61,019 nt of DNA from NCBI GenBank assembly GCA_021801225.1, contig JAJYYF010000007.1:1-61019 (forward strand). Direction: 5' to 3'. The notes under the pieces were generated by a model that did not search any database, had not been told where the DNA came from, and was given only the letters and a program-made list of their open reading frames with translations. The DNA is from Candidatus Micrarchaeota archaeon. Lineage in GTDB: Archaea > Micrarchaeota > Micrarchaeia > Micrarchaeales > CABMGC01. Both the position numbers and the translations under genes were made by a program. Shown piece after piece: positions 39,386 to 49,342 of the stretch (position 1 is its first letter; each line of letters starts with the position of its first letter).

Positions 39386-39690
39386 TACCATTATTTTATA
39401 TTTTAAGTATTTGCGTAGCTCTCGTAAGTATTGGGATAGCAGGAGTTGCAATTGAAAAAAATTTCATTACACTTATGTTAGCAATTGAGTTAATATTTTT
39501 AGCAAGTACTATAGCTTTTGTTGGGTTTTTTAGCTACTCGTTGGCACCTAACGCATCAGGTTTTGTAGGATTGATTACAGTTTGGGCTGTAGCTGCAGTA
39601 GAAATAATTTCTTTGATAGCGATATATATTTACATGAAAGCTAATGGCTTTGATTTCGATATAGCGCTCCTTTCAAAGTTAAAGTGGTAA
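39382..39690 (+). CDS. nuoK: Complex I subunit K
   Basis: MLAIELIF, VAAVE and terminal LKW. Confidence 0.9.
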   Translation: MIPLFYILSICVALVSIGIAGVAIEKNFITLMLAIELIFLASTIAFVGFFSYSLAPNASGFVGLITVWAVAAVEIISLIAIYIYMKANGFDFDIALLSKLKW

Positions 39691-41457
39691 ATGATGTTAG
39701 TACTTTTCATTTTATTGCCTTTATTTGCTTCTATAATGTTAATGCAATTCTTAGAACAGAGATTTTCTAAGTATGTTGCATTAATTGGTGCTGTTGTAAG
39801 TTTAGTAATTTTGCCGTTTGTAACTCAAGGAAGCTACTCTGTAAATTTATTAAATATAGGAACATATGTGGTAAGTTTTGCAACAAATGTACTTCCGTTA
39901 AATTTAATGCTTTTAGGAATAGTTTTAATTATTGCTCCATTAGTTATTTTGTACTCATTTGGATATATGTCAGTTACAAGTGAACAAAAACGTTTTTACA
40001 CCGAGATACTTGCCTTTGAGATCTCAATGCTTCTTTTTTCAGTAAGTTATAGTTTTATAACTTTGTTTATTGCATGGGAATTTTTAAGTTTAACTAGTTA
40101 TCTACTTATAGGATTTTGGAATACTAAAGAAATAGCAAATAAAGCAGCAAGAAAGGCGATAACTACTGTATTTATAGGAGATTTGTGCATTTTGGGAGTT
40201 ATAGCTATATTATTATCAACTGCAGGATCAGTTACATTTAACCAAGTATTTTTATTTATAAAAACAAATCAGAGTGTAGCCATTTTAATTTCTGTGCTTC
40301 TTTCAATAGCAATATTTACAAAATCAGCACAGTTTCCATTTAGTGAGTGGCTGCCTGATGCAATGGAAGGTCCAACCCCAGTATCTGCATTCTTGCACTC
40401 AAGTACTATGGTAAAGGCGGGGGTATTTTCAATACTTTTATTATTCCCGATATTCTATGCTAGTAACTTACTAGGAGTAATGTTTATAATCGCAATAATA
40501 ACAATACTTTTAGCAACATTAAATGCGTTAAAGGAAAAACATATCAAAAAAGTAATTGCTTACTCGACAATACAGGAGCTCGGATTGATGATGTTAGCTT
40601 TTTCTGGAGGAGCTATAGCCGCAGGAGTTTACTTCTTTTTTGCTCAGAGTTTCTATAAAGTTTTACTTTTCTTTAGTTCAGGAGTGGTTATGGAGTCTAC
40701 AGATAAGATAAATTTAGATGAAACCTCTGGATTAAAAGTAAATAAAATAATTTATATAACTACATTATTTGGAGTATTGTCTCTTGCTGGTTTTATACCA
40801 TTCGATGGATTTTTTGCAAGTATAGGGATGAGTTCCTCATTTTATAATAATATAATAATTTATGTACTGTTGAATATTTTTGGCATAATGACAAGTTTGT
40901 ACTCCTTCAGATGGCTATTTTTAAACAGTAAGAAAACAACACCTTATGCGAGGATAAAGTATGAATCAGTATCAAAAAGTATAATGGTAAGTATGATAAT
41001 AAGCAGTATACTTATACTTGTAGCTTCTGCAGGTTTCTTCTATTTAATAAAACCGGTTTTAGGAGGAACATATAGTAACTTTACATTACAAACTCTTAAT
41101 CCAATAGATGTAATAATAGAAACAGTTTTGGCAATTTTAGGATTAGTGATAGCATATGTAGCAGTTAGAAGATCAATCTCAATTAAATCTAGTTTATTAA
41201 CAAAATTACTAAATAATGGAATAATTACAAACCTTATCTACATGTATTTTGCAAAAGGAATTTACGCTGCTTCAGAAGGATTTGCATACTTTGAAGAGGT
41301 ATTAAATAATTTATTAGATAGTTTTGGAAAAGGAGTTGTTGATTTGGGAAAAATAATAAAGAAGATCTCAGTAGGTAATATAAACAGTTATGCCTTAGTT
41401 CTTTCAATAGGTATGATATTTTTATTCTTATTAATATTTGTATTAAAAGGTGTATGA
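39691..41457 (+). CDS. nuoL: Complex I subunit L
   Basis: KSAQFPFSEWLPDAMEGPTPVSAFLHSSTMVKAG. Confidence 0.95.
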   Translation: MMLVLFILLPLFASIMLMQFLEQRFSKYVALIGAVVSLVILPFVTQGSYSVNLLNIGTYVVSFATNVLPLNLMLLGIVLIIAPLVILYSFGYMSVTSEQKRFYTEILAFEISMLLFSVSYSFITLFIAWEFLSLTSYLLIGFWNTKEIANKAARKAITTVFIGDLCILGVIAILLSTAGSVTFNQVFLFIKTNQSVAILISVLLSIAIFTKSAQFPFSEWLPDAMEGPTPVSAFLHSSTMVKAGVFSILLLFPIFYASNLLGVMFIIAIITILLATLNALKEKHIKKVIAYSTIQELGLMMLAFSGGAIAAGVYFFFAQSFYKVLLFFSSGVVMESTDKINLDETSGLKVNKIIYITTLFGVLSLAGFIPFDGFFASIGMSSSFYNNIIIYVLLNIFGIMTSLYSFRWLFLNSKKTTPYARIKYESVSKSIMVSMIISSILILVASAGFFYLIKPVLGGTYSNFTLQTLNPIDVIIETVLAILGLVIAYVAVRRSISIKSSLLTKLLNNGIITNLIYMYFAKGIYAASEGFAYFEEVLNNLLDSFGKGVVDLGKIIKKISVGNINSYALVLSIGMIFLFLLIFVLKGV

Positions 41458-42846
41458 GTGATTACATTTGATGTTTTAGGACTTTTATTTTCAATCATGT
41501 TATTTGGTAATTTATTTTTAGCATTATTTTCTAAAAAAAAGTTACACCTAATTTTTAATTTGCTTGTTTTTTCAGCAATAATAATTTTTGTTCTTTACTT
41601 GTACATTAACAATATTTCTTATTCGTTATTGAGTTTATTCTCTTTAAATCCATTTTCTGAGTTCTTCATCTTATTGTTCACATTAGGAGCAGTATTGATA
41701 AGTTTGTTATACTTTAGTTTTTCAAAAAAGTATAATGAATTATCATTGTTTCTTTCATTTTCCCTTTTAGGAATGTATGCGGTTTCTATGTCAAACACAA
41801 TTCCAGGAGTTTTTGTTGGATTAGAAATGATAAGTATACCGACTGTTTTTTCAATTCTTTTATCTAAAAAGAGCCTTGAGGCTGCAACAAAACTTTTCAT
41901 AATGGCAGCGGTTTCTATAGCAATATTTTCTTTTGCTATGGCTATGAGTTATGGTGGTTTAAATACAATATCAATAGTAGAGTCGCAGTACTCCTTAATT
42001 ATGTTGATTGCATTTGTTTTGTTTGTAATAGGATTGGGATTTGAAGCATCAATCTTCCCATTTAATGTTTTAATACCTGATGTTTATGAAGGATCTCCTT
42101 CGTATATAACTGCATTGATGGGCAGTATGAATAAGAAAGCAGGATTTGTTGCTCTTATTCAGATAGTAATACTTATGTTTATAGCTTTTCATTCTGCATT
42201 TCAAATAATTGCGATTCTTGCAGTACTTACTATGTTTTACGGAAATATAGGTGCACTTGTTCAGAAAAACTTAAAGAGAATTATGGCTTACTCCTCAATT
42301 TCACAGGCAGGTTATATCTTAATAGGAGTGGCAACAGCAACAAGTTATGGAATTTCTGGTTCAATGTTCCAGATCTTTGCCCATATGTTTATTTTTATAG
42401 GCATAATGGCGATATTGTTAGTTTTAGAGCTTAAAAACAAAAAAACAATAGATGACTTAGTCGGTTTATATAAAGAAAATCCATTCATTGCAGTTGCATT
42501 GAGTATATTTATGCTTTCATTAGTTGGTTTGCCTTTAACAACAGGATTTGTTGGAAAGTTTCTAATATTTTTGAGTGCAATATCGGCAGGTTTAGCCATA
42601 CTTACATTTTTAGGTATAATAAATAGTATAATATCTCTTTATTATTACTTAAAGATACTTTTAAGCGTATACGCCAATGGAAAAACAAATTCAAAGATAG
42701 TAGTAAGCAAAATTGCCTTTTCAGTAATAGCGGTTTGTTTAGCTGTAACAATAATATTTGGGATTTATCCACAACCATTCATAAATTTTATAAACTCAGC
42801 TTCATCATATCTTTTTAGCATTGCGGGAACTGGTCTCTTAAAATAG
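41458..42846 (+). CDS. nuoN: Complex I subunit N
   Basis: PDVYEGSP, KRIMAYSSISQAGY and SLVGLPLTTGFVGK. Confidence 0.93.
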   Translation: MITFDVLGLLFSIMLFGNLFLALFSKKKLHLIFNLLVFSAIIIFVLYLYINNISYSLLSLFSLNPFSEFFILLFTLGAVLISLLYFSFSKKYNELSLFLSFSLLGMYAVSMSNTIPGVFVGLEMISIPTVFSILLSKKSLEAATKLFIMAAVSIAIFSFAMAMSYGGLNTISIVESQYSLIMLIAFVLFVIGLGFEASIFPFNVLIPDVYEGSPSYITALMGSMNKKAGFVALIQIVILMFIAFHSAFQIIAILAVLTMFYGNIGALVQKNLKRIMAYSSISQAGYILIGVATATSYGISGSMFQIFAHMFIFIGIMAILLVLELKNKKTIDDLVGLYKENPFIAVALSIFMLSLVGLPLTTGFVGKFLIFLSAISAGLAILTFLGIINSIISLYYYLKILLSVYANGKTNSKIVVSKIAFSVIAVCLAVTIIFGIYPQPFINFINSASSYLFSIAGTGLLK

Positions 42847-42919
42847 AATAGCTAGGTTTTAGATCTTTATTTTTCCTTTCCAATTTTTGATATCTTTACT
42901 TGATCTCAATGAATTACTT

Positions 42920-44311
42920 TTAATGGAGCAGTATAAACGGTGCTATTCCTAAAAGTATAGTGAAGAATAATAAGAAAATCTCTGAGTAAAATACTGAGTT
43001 TATTACATAGCCATTAGGAGTTGCTCTTCCATTCAAGAATACGCGTTCTATTACCCAAAACATTACACTTCCTAGAAGTATTATACTAATTAAGGGAATT
43101 AAACCGAACAAACCAAATGAGGTAAATGCGGCACCGAATATTAAAATATCTGCTATGAATCCTACAGTAAGAGGTATTCCTACTGTTGCAAAGACCCCAG
43201 CTATAAATAAATAAGCTAGGGAGGAATAATCCTTCATTATACCCTTCAATACAGATAAATCTAATGAACCATAAATCTCCTTTAAGGTGCCTGCTAGTAA
43301 GAATAACATACATATTGAGATTGCATGGCCTAACATTCCATATAAGGCTCCATTAATTCCTATACTAGAACCAGAGGCTATCCCTAGTGATATTATTGCC
43401 ATATCTGTTATGCTGCTATAGGCTATAATTCTCTTTAAGTTTTTTTGTCTGATTGCGACCAAAACCGAGTATAAAGAAGAAAATATGAAGATACTAGCTA
43501 AATATAATGAATACTTGCTAAAGATAGGAAGCATTAGACTAGTTAATATTAAACCATAACCACCAAACTTTAGTAGTACACCTGCTAATATCATACTACC
43601 AGTTGTTGGAGCCTCTGTATGTGCATCAGGCAGCCAGTTGTGGAAAGGAAATATAGGTATTTTTATCATAAAAGAAAGTACAAGAAACAGAAGAACAAGT
43701 TCCTGTATAAAAATAGGTATAGTGTTCGAATAAGTTATTATCTGTGAAATTTGAAATGTATTAGGTGTAATGTTTGCGTATATGAGCAATATTGCTATAA
43801 GAAGAAAAAGGCTTGATATTAATGAGTAAATAATGAACTTTATTGATGCGTACTTCCTATTTGATGAGCCATATAAGTATATTATAAAGAACATTGAAAA
43901 CTCTGCAATTTCCCAGAAGACATATAGCAACAATAAATTAGATGATAAAAACAAAGCAATAGAGGATCCTTGTATTAATGCAAATAAAATACTATAAAGT
44001 CGTATGTTGTCTTTAATAAAATAGCCAATGCCTATAGAAGAAGCTGCAAAGACTATTGCTGACATCAACTCTAATATGAGAGTAGTTTGGGTGACTTGAA
44101 AACCTCCTGTGAAGCCTAAATAACTGAATGTAATTGGTTGAGTAAGTGATTGAATATTACTTGAAAAACTAAAAACCAGAAGTAATGATAGGATTAGTAC
44201 TATTATAGAGGATAACTGTTGAATAGTTTTTGATAATTTTTTTGGTAGAACTATTAGTAACAGTATTGAAAGAAATGGTATTGCAACTATAAAAAGCAGT
44301 AGTGGGAACAT
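42920..44311 (-). CDS. nuoM: Complex I subunit M, on the opposite strand
   Basis: KIPIFPFHNWLPDAHTEAPTTGSMILAGVLLKFGGYG; start refined to ATG 44311. Confidence 0.93.
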   Translation of the reverse strand: MFPLLLFIVAIPFLSILLLIVLPKKLSKTIQQLSSIIVLILSLLLVFSFSSNIQSLTQPITFSYLGFTGGFQVTQTTLILELMSAIVFAASSIGIGYFIKDNIRLYSILFALIQGSSIALFLSSNLLLLYVFWEIAEFSMFFIIYLYGSSNRKYASIKFIIYSLISSLFLLIAILLIYANITPNTFQISQIITYSNTIPIFIQELVLLFLVLSFMIKIPIFPFHNWLPDAHTEAPTTGSMILAGVLLKFGGYGLILTSLMLPIFSKYSLYLASIFIFSSLYSVLVAIRQKNLKRIIAYSSITDMAIISLGIASGSSIGINGALYGMLGHAISICMLFLLAGTLKEIYGSLDLSVLKGIMKDYSSLAYLFIAGVFATVGIPLTVGFIADILIFGAAFTSFGLFGLIPLISIILLGSVMFWVIERVFLNGRATPNGYVINSVFYSEIFLLFFTILLGIAPFILLH

Positions 44312-44440
44312 TAAATACCTAATTGATATATAATTGTTCTTTTTCAAAAAGTATATAAACAATAGGGTGAAGAAACGGAAAATAATAAACGTTTTGAAAA
44401 TGACAATACAATAAACAAAATAATAGATGCGCATAGTGGC

Positions 44441-45166
44441 ATGATTGGAAAAAATATTGCTGCGAAGATAGAATCTAATAAAAATTATAGCAAAAGTAAT
44501 GTTAAACAGCTTATTGCATTAAGTCCAAACGATAATGAGTTAGTTAGTATTGAAGACACAGTATATAGGATTTTTAATAAAAATAGGATAGAAAATAATG
44601 GAGTTACAAGATTAAGGAGAGATTTGGTTTTAGGTGAGGAAGGCAGTACATTGACTGTTGTTTTATGGGATAAAAGTTGTGAATTAGTTGATACACTTCT
44701 TGTACAAAGAGGTGATAAAGTTTTAATAAGCAATCTTAAGGTTAGAACTATTCAGGACTCAATAGAACTAATTAATACAGCAGGAACTTATATCTCAAGA
44801 GTTATTCCAACAGAGATTGATGTTAAAACTGATTTTTCAAGTTTAAATGGAAATGAAAAAAATATAGATATATTAGGAAGGATACTTTCAGTAAGTCCAA
44901 TTAGATACTTTAAAGATTTAGATGGAAAACAAAATGGTATATCCGAATGCACCATAAGTGATGGTTTTGTTGAAGGAAGAGTTACATTATGGAAATCTTC
45001 GAGTGGTTATGCAAATGAAATGCACCCTGGTTCATATATTAAAATAGAATACTGTTCAATTAAAAAGATAGAAGATAAGTTAGATATAACTGCAAATGAT
45101 TACTCAAGAATTTTGTTAGGCCAGGGGCTTACACCAAAAACAAATAGAAAAAATATTAAAAAATAA
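44441..45166 (+). CDS. RPA/SSB-like protein with two OB folds
   Basis: Two repeats: LGEEGSTLTVVLWD...GDKVLI and ISDGFVEGRVTLWK...GSYIKI. Confidence 0.82.
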   Translation: MIGKNIAAKIESNKNYSKSNVKQLIALSPNDNELVSIEDTVYRIFNKNRIENNGVTRLRRDLVLGEEGSTLTVVLWDKSCELVDTLLVQRGDKVLISNLKVRTIQDSIELINTAGTYISRVIPTEIDVKTDFSSLNGNEKNIDILGRILSVSPIRYFKDLDGKQNGISECTISDGFVEGRVTLWKSSSGYANEMHPGSYIKIEYCSIKKIEDKLDITANDYSRILLGQGLTPKTNRKNIKK

Positions 45167-45190
45167 TATTAAAATAAACAAACAGTATAG

Positions 45191-45203
45191 AAAGCTTTAT
45201 AAA
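45191..45203 (+). promoter_or_regulatory. BRE/TATA promoter aimed at about 45225
   Basis: AAAGC-TTTATAAA; archaeal spacing puts the start at the base of the downstream stem, and no + strand ORF follows. Confidence 0.55.
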
Positions 45204-45224
45204 TACTAATTTATAAGTTGTATA

Positions 45225-45325
45225 GTTTTCTGGGGGACAGGTTGAGAACTTATTTTTATCCCACCCAAATCCCAAAATCTTTTCTCTAAGTTATGCAGTA
45301 TGCATAACTCCACCCCCAGAAAAAC
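45225..45325 (+). ncRNA. Candidate structured small RNA (three-way junction), family unknown
   Basis: 11-bp closing stem 45226-45236/45313-45323, 9-bp hairpin 45289-45309, and a 5-bp stem enclosing a G-free loop. Confidence 0.55.
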
Positions 45326-45329
45326 ATAA

Positions 45330-46079
45330 TTAGAATACTTTCTTAAGATTTGGTTTTGTTTTTAAATTTGGTTTTATACCAGCATTAGTTATTTTTACAG
45401 GATATCCATTTCCAACTGCTTCTTTTATAATTTTAGAGTCATGTTCTTCTTGGAAAGTATTATTTGTATTTGACATTATTGTAAAGTTTCTAATTCCTAA
45501 AGCGGATCCTGCTAACTGAACATCACAAGTAGAACTTGAAACATTATTTCTTTGTGATACGTATGTTGAGTTTAAAGGCAAGCCTAGTTTATCACATAGA
45601 GTAGAGTATTTTTCAGTAGAAGGTTGCAGTAGCAACATATGTTTTTCACCAGTTACAACAGTATTTGTTTTTGCTAATTCAGTAGATATTTTCAACTCAG
45701 GATACCTTGTTTTTAAGAAAGTCGTGCCTAATTTTTGAAGTAGCTCAATTATATCTTGCGAAGAGTTAAAAAGTTTTATATCTTGAATATTTGATCTTAT
45801 TGTGGAGACAAGACCATCCTCTATTTCTGTTGTTGAGCTTTCTCCCTTTGTAAGTAAGGAGTAAGTAAATTTACAAGCGCCACAGTCAGTATGTGGTATG
45901 AATATTATCTGTTTTATAGGATAATTAGAGATAACCTCATCAAGTGTTGGAATAGCGCCGTAGGGATTACCTGCAGCATTCCTTATAAATATGCTTTTTC
46001 CATCGTTTAATGAATCAGCTATTACATTCATTCGTGCATCCATACACATTAGAAATAATTTATTTGGTTGGGTTTCCAT
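45330..46079 (-). CDS. Beta-carbonic anhydrase-like protein with extra C-terminal region
   Basis: CMDAR, IRNAAG and HTDCGAC zinc ligands. Confidence 0.82.
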   Translation of the reverse strand: METQPNKLFLMCMDARMNVIADSLNDGKSIFIRNAAGNPYGAIPTLDEVISNYPIKQIIFIPHTDCGACKFTYSLLTKGESSTTEIEDGLVSTIRSNIQDIKLFNSSQDIIELLQKLGTTFLKTRYPELKISTELAKTNTVVTGEKHMLLLQPSTEKYSTLCDKLGLPLNSTYVSQRNNVSSSTCDVQLAGSALGIRNFTIMSNTNNTFQEEHDSKIIKEAVGNGYPVKITNAGIKPNLKTKPNLKKVF

Positions 46080-46091
46080 TTCATAACCTTT

Positions 46092-46199
46092 TTAAAAAAT
46101 ATTAAATATGATATTACGTTTTTTAGAGTAGGTATAGGAATTACTTTTGTTTAGAGTATTAAGTGAGTAGATAAATTTACCAGATAATGAACTTTTCAT
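46092..46199 (-). CDS. Possible 35-aa leader ORF
   Basis: GTGTGA SD-like motif, then MKSSLSGKFIYSLNTLNKSNSYTYSKKRNIIFNIF; ends 12 nt before the CA start. Confidence 0.3.
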   Translation of the reverse strand: MKSSLSGKFIYSLNTLNKSNSYTYSKKRNIIFNIF

Positions 46200-46259
46200 T
46201 TGTTTCACACTTTAGCGGATAAATATAGACTAAATATTATATTACACTAGTATTTAAAA

Positions 46260-48035
46260 TTATTTGTTTATAGATATCCCAAAGTCATCCTTTAGTCTTT
46301 TGCTATTTATCTTTGTAGGTGAACCATCAATTAGAGACTCAAATTTTTTATTCTTAGGAAATAGTATAAAATCACGTATATTTTCTGAATTTGATAATAA
46401 AGCAACAAGTCTATCAAGGCCTAATGCTATTCCCCCATGTATTGGTGCGCCATACTCAAGAGCCTCTATTAAGAATCCAAATGTTTCATCTATTGTTTTA
46501 TCTGACATGCCCATCATTTTTAAACTGTTTCTCTGAACAACAGGATCAATTATTCTAATAGAACCACTAGCTATCTCAACACCATTTAAAACTAAATCAT
46601 ATTGACGTGCAACTGCTTTTTCTGGAGCTGTGTCCAAGTACTTAAGTGTTTCTTCTTTTGGAGCTGAGAAAGGATTATGTGCAGGTTTTAATTTACCGGT
46701 TACCTCGTCTTTTTCAAACATTGGGAACTCGTCAATCCATAGAAAGTTATACTCATCAGAATATTTACCTATTTTATCTCCTAATATTTTCCTTATTTTG
46801 CCCATTGCATTTAAAAGAAGTTTTTCTGATACATCAGAGAATATTAAGATTATATCTCCTTCTTTTGCATTTAACTTTTCTTTTATTTTTTCTGCAATAC
46901 TTCCAAAAGATATAACTATGCTTTCAGGTTCTGATGACAACTTATTTGAAGCTACAAAGAGCCATGTCATACCACCTAGGCCCAACTCTTTTGCAACTTC
47001 TATCAATTTTAACATGTAATTTTTATCTACTTTTGATTTTTCGGAGTTGAAATCGGCATTAAAAACCATTGCCTTTACCTTTCCATTCATTGATATTACT
47101 CGTTTTAACATATTATAATTACTAAGTTTAACTTCTTCAGTTATATCAATTATTTTCGAATCAAATCTTAAATCTGGTTTATCTGAACCATATTGTTCAA
47201 CAGCATCTTTATACAACATATGTCTGAAGTTTGCTTTGATTTTTTTATTTAGTACTTCATTGAAAACGGTGACAAATAAATCTTCAATTAAAGATTGAAT
47301 ATACTTTTCATCTTTGAATGACAACTCAAGGTCTATTTGTGTGAACTCTGGTTGCCTGTCTTCCCTAGGATCTTCATCTCTATAACAACGTGCTACTTGA
47401 AAATATCTTTCTAAACCAGATACCATACATAATTGTTTGTAAATTTGTGGAGATTGAGGTAATGAGTAAAATGTTTCAGGATTTGTCCTTGAAGGTACCA
47501 AGAATGTTCTAGAACCAGTTTCATAAGTGTCTTTAACTAGTGTAGGAGTTTCTAGTTCCAAAAAATCACGAGACCATAAAAATTTTCGTATAGATTTAGT
47601 CAATTTATCTCTAAACTCAATATTTTTTATCATGTCTCTTCTTCTTAAATCTAAGTATCTGTATTTTAAACGTAATTCTTCATTAGCTAAGAATTTTTTC
47701 TTTTCATCTATCAACTCGAAAGGAGGAACCTTTGATTTGTTCAGTATAACCAATGATGTTACAAAAAGCTCTATTTTTCCAGTAGAACTATCTTTATCTA
47801 TCGTGTCTTGATCTCTTAAACGTATTTTGCCTTTTACGTGTAAAACATACTCTTTACCTATATTTGATGCTTTTTCAAGTATCTCTCCTTCAAATACAAG
47901 TTGTATATAGCCATGCCTATCTGCAAGATCTATGAATAATTTGCCTCCATGATCACGAATATATCTTGCCCAACCATAAAGTGATACTTCTTTGTTTACA
48001 TCTTTTTCATTAAATGAACCGCAGTTTAACTCCAT
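46260..48035 (-). CDS. aspS: Aspartyl-tRNA synthetase, bacterial type, probably non-discriminating
   Basis: 591 aa; RDHGG, FLVPSR, LPQSPQ, DRQPEFTQ, YGSDKPDLRF, a GAD-like insert and GAPIHGG. Confidence 0.95.
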   Translation of the reverse strand: MELNCGSFNEKDVNKEVSLYGWARYIRDHGGKLFIDLADRHGYIQLVFEGEILEKASNIGKEYVLHVKGKIRLRDQDTIDKDSSTGKIELFVTSLVILNKSKVPPFELIDEKKKFLANEELRLKYRYLDLRRRDMIKNIEFRDKLTKSIRKFLWSRDFLELETPTLVKDTYETGSRTFLVPSRTNPETFYSLPQSPQIYKQLCMVSGLERYFQVARCYRDEDPREDRQPEFTQIDLELSFKDEKYIQSLIEDLFVTVFNEVLNKKIKANFRHMLYKDAVEQYGSDKPDLRFDSKIIDITEEVKLSNYNMLKRVISMNGKVKAMVFNADFNSEKSKVDKNYMLKLIEVAKELGLGGMTWLFVASNKLSSEPESIVISFGSIAEKIKEKLNAKEGDIILIFSDVSEKLLLNAMGKIRKILGDKIGKYSDEYNFLWIDEFPMFEKDEVTGKLKPAHNPFSAPKEETLKYLDTAPEKAVARQYDLVLNGVEIASGSIRIIDPVVQRNSLKMMGMSDKTIDETFGFLIEALEYGAPIHGGIALGLDRLVALLSNSENIRDFILFPKNKKFESLIDGSPTKINSKRLKDDFGISINK

Positions 48036-48037
48036 GA

Positions 48038-49333
48038 TTATACCTTAAACTCATTTGATAGGACATACTCTAATCGTTCTGAGATAACTCTTGGATTTGC
48101 TTTAAATTTTTTAAGAACCATGCCTATTACCGAATTCATAGCTTTTTTATTAGTTTTATAATCCTCTAAAAGTTGTTTATTTTTCTTGATTATTGAACGA
48201 ATTTCAGAGTCTATTTCATCAGTATTTACTATGTTGCTATTTATATTTATTTCCTCTCCCTTTTCCAATGCAGATACAACTTCAGCATCGAGATAAGAAC
48301 CTTTCTGGACTAATTGAATTGCTTTTTCTATTATTTTTTCTTTTATCTCTGATTTGCTATATCTTTTAAAGGATAATAATGCATTTAGTATCGCTTTCAT
48401 TTCATACTTTCCAGCAAATGTTTGAATAATTTTTAATGAATTTTTATCGAACAATATTATTTCTAGTAACTGCAGTTCACTTACTCCGTATTTTTTAGAG
48501 TAATCTTTTGCAATAATGCTTGTATATATAGGCTCTTTTGGTTTAATATTTTCTAAATTATATACAGTAAGATCAGGTTCAAAAATAAATCCGTATTCTT
48601 CATCACTTTCTTTTTCTCTGGAAGATATAGTAGAAAGTTTAGCTTCAGAATAAGAACGTGTTTCTTGAAGTATTTGTTGCTTTGTTTGAATTAACTTTTC
48701 TTGCCTTTGTACTTCATACTTTGCAGCATCAATCAAATTTTTTAAACCGGTTACATTTTTAATCTCAACTCTAGAATCAGACAATGAAATATTTAGGTCT
48801 ACTTTTATATCTTGATCTATATCCGCACCTAAATAATAAAGAATACTTTTTAACTCATTCATGAAAAGTTTTAACTCTTCCTCAGAGTTTATATCAGGTT
48901 CTGTAACTATCTCTACAAGTGGTTGACCGGATCTGTTGTAATCTATTAAAGTATAATTATCCTCTCTGAGTATTTTTGCAGGATCTTCTTCAAGTTGTAT
49001 CCTTCTAATACGTACAGTTTTATTATTTATTTTTAGATTTCCGGAGTGGCCGACAGACATGTCTTTTTGTGTTATCTGAAATGATTTAGGAAGATCCGGA
49101 TAAAAATAAACTTTTCTTACAAAGGATGTTTCTTTCTCTATAATGCAGTTTAAAGCATTTGAGATATCTACTGAAATTTCTAATGCTTTTTTGTTAAGCA
49201 TTGGCTTTGCTCCTGGCAAACCAGTACATATTGGGCATATTGCAGTGTTAGGCTCTGTTGCATAAGCCTTACATCTACAAAATAATTTAGTCTTTGTTGG
49301 AAGACCTACATGAACTTCTAAACCTATTTTCAT
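48038..49333 (-). CDS. gatB: Asp-tRNA(Asn) amidotransferase subunit B
   Basis: IGLEVH, YFYPDLPK and DYNRSGQPLVEIVTEPD. Confidence 0.95.
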   Translation of the reverse strand: MKIGLEVHVGLPTKTKLFCRCKAYATEPNTAICPICTGLPGAKPMLNKKALEISVDISNALNCIIEKETSFVRKVYFYPDLPKSFQITQKDMSVGHSGNLKINNKTVRIRRIQLEEDPAKILREDNYTLIDYNRSGQPLVEIVTEPDINSEEELKLFMNELKSILYYLGADIDQDIKVDLNISLSDSRVEIKNVTGLKNLIDAAKYEVQRQEKLIQTKQQILQETRSYSEAKLSTISSREKESDEEYGFIFEPDLTVYNLENIKPKEPIYTSIIAKDYSKKYGVSELQLLEIILFDKNSLKIIQTFAGKYEMKAILNALLSFKRYSKSEIKEKIIEKAIQLVQKGSYLDAEVVSALEKGEEININSNIVNTDEIDSEIRSIIKKNKQLLEDYKTNKKAMNSVIGMVLKKFKANPRVISERLEYVLSNEFKV

Positions 49334-49342
49334 AATTTATAC

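Noticed and set aside
42859-42909. 16-aa ORF (MRSSKDIKNWKGKIKI) after nuoM, as a rearrangement scar
   Set aside because: Too short to distinguish from chance.
45225-45325. Replication origin with ORB G-strings
   Set aside because: No TTCCAGTGGAAAC-like ORB core and no cdc6/orc1 nearby.
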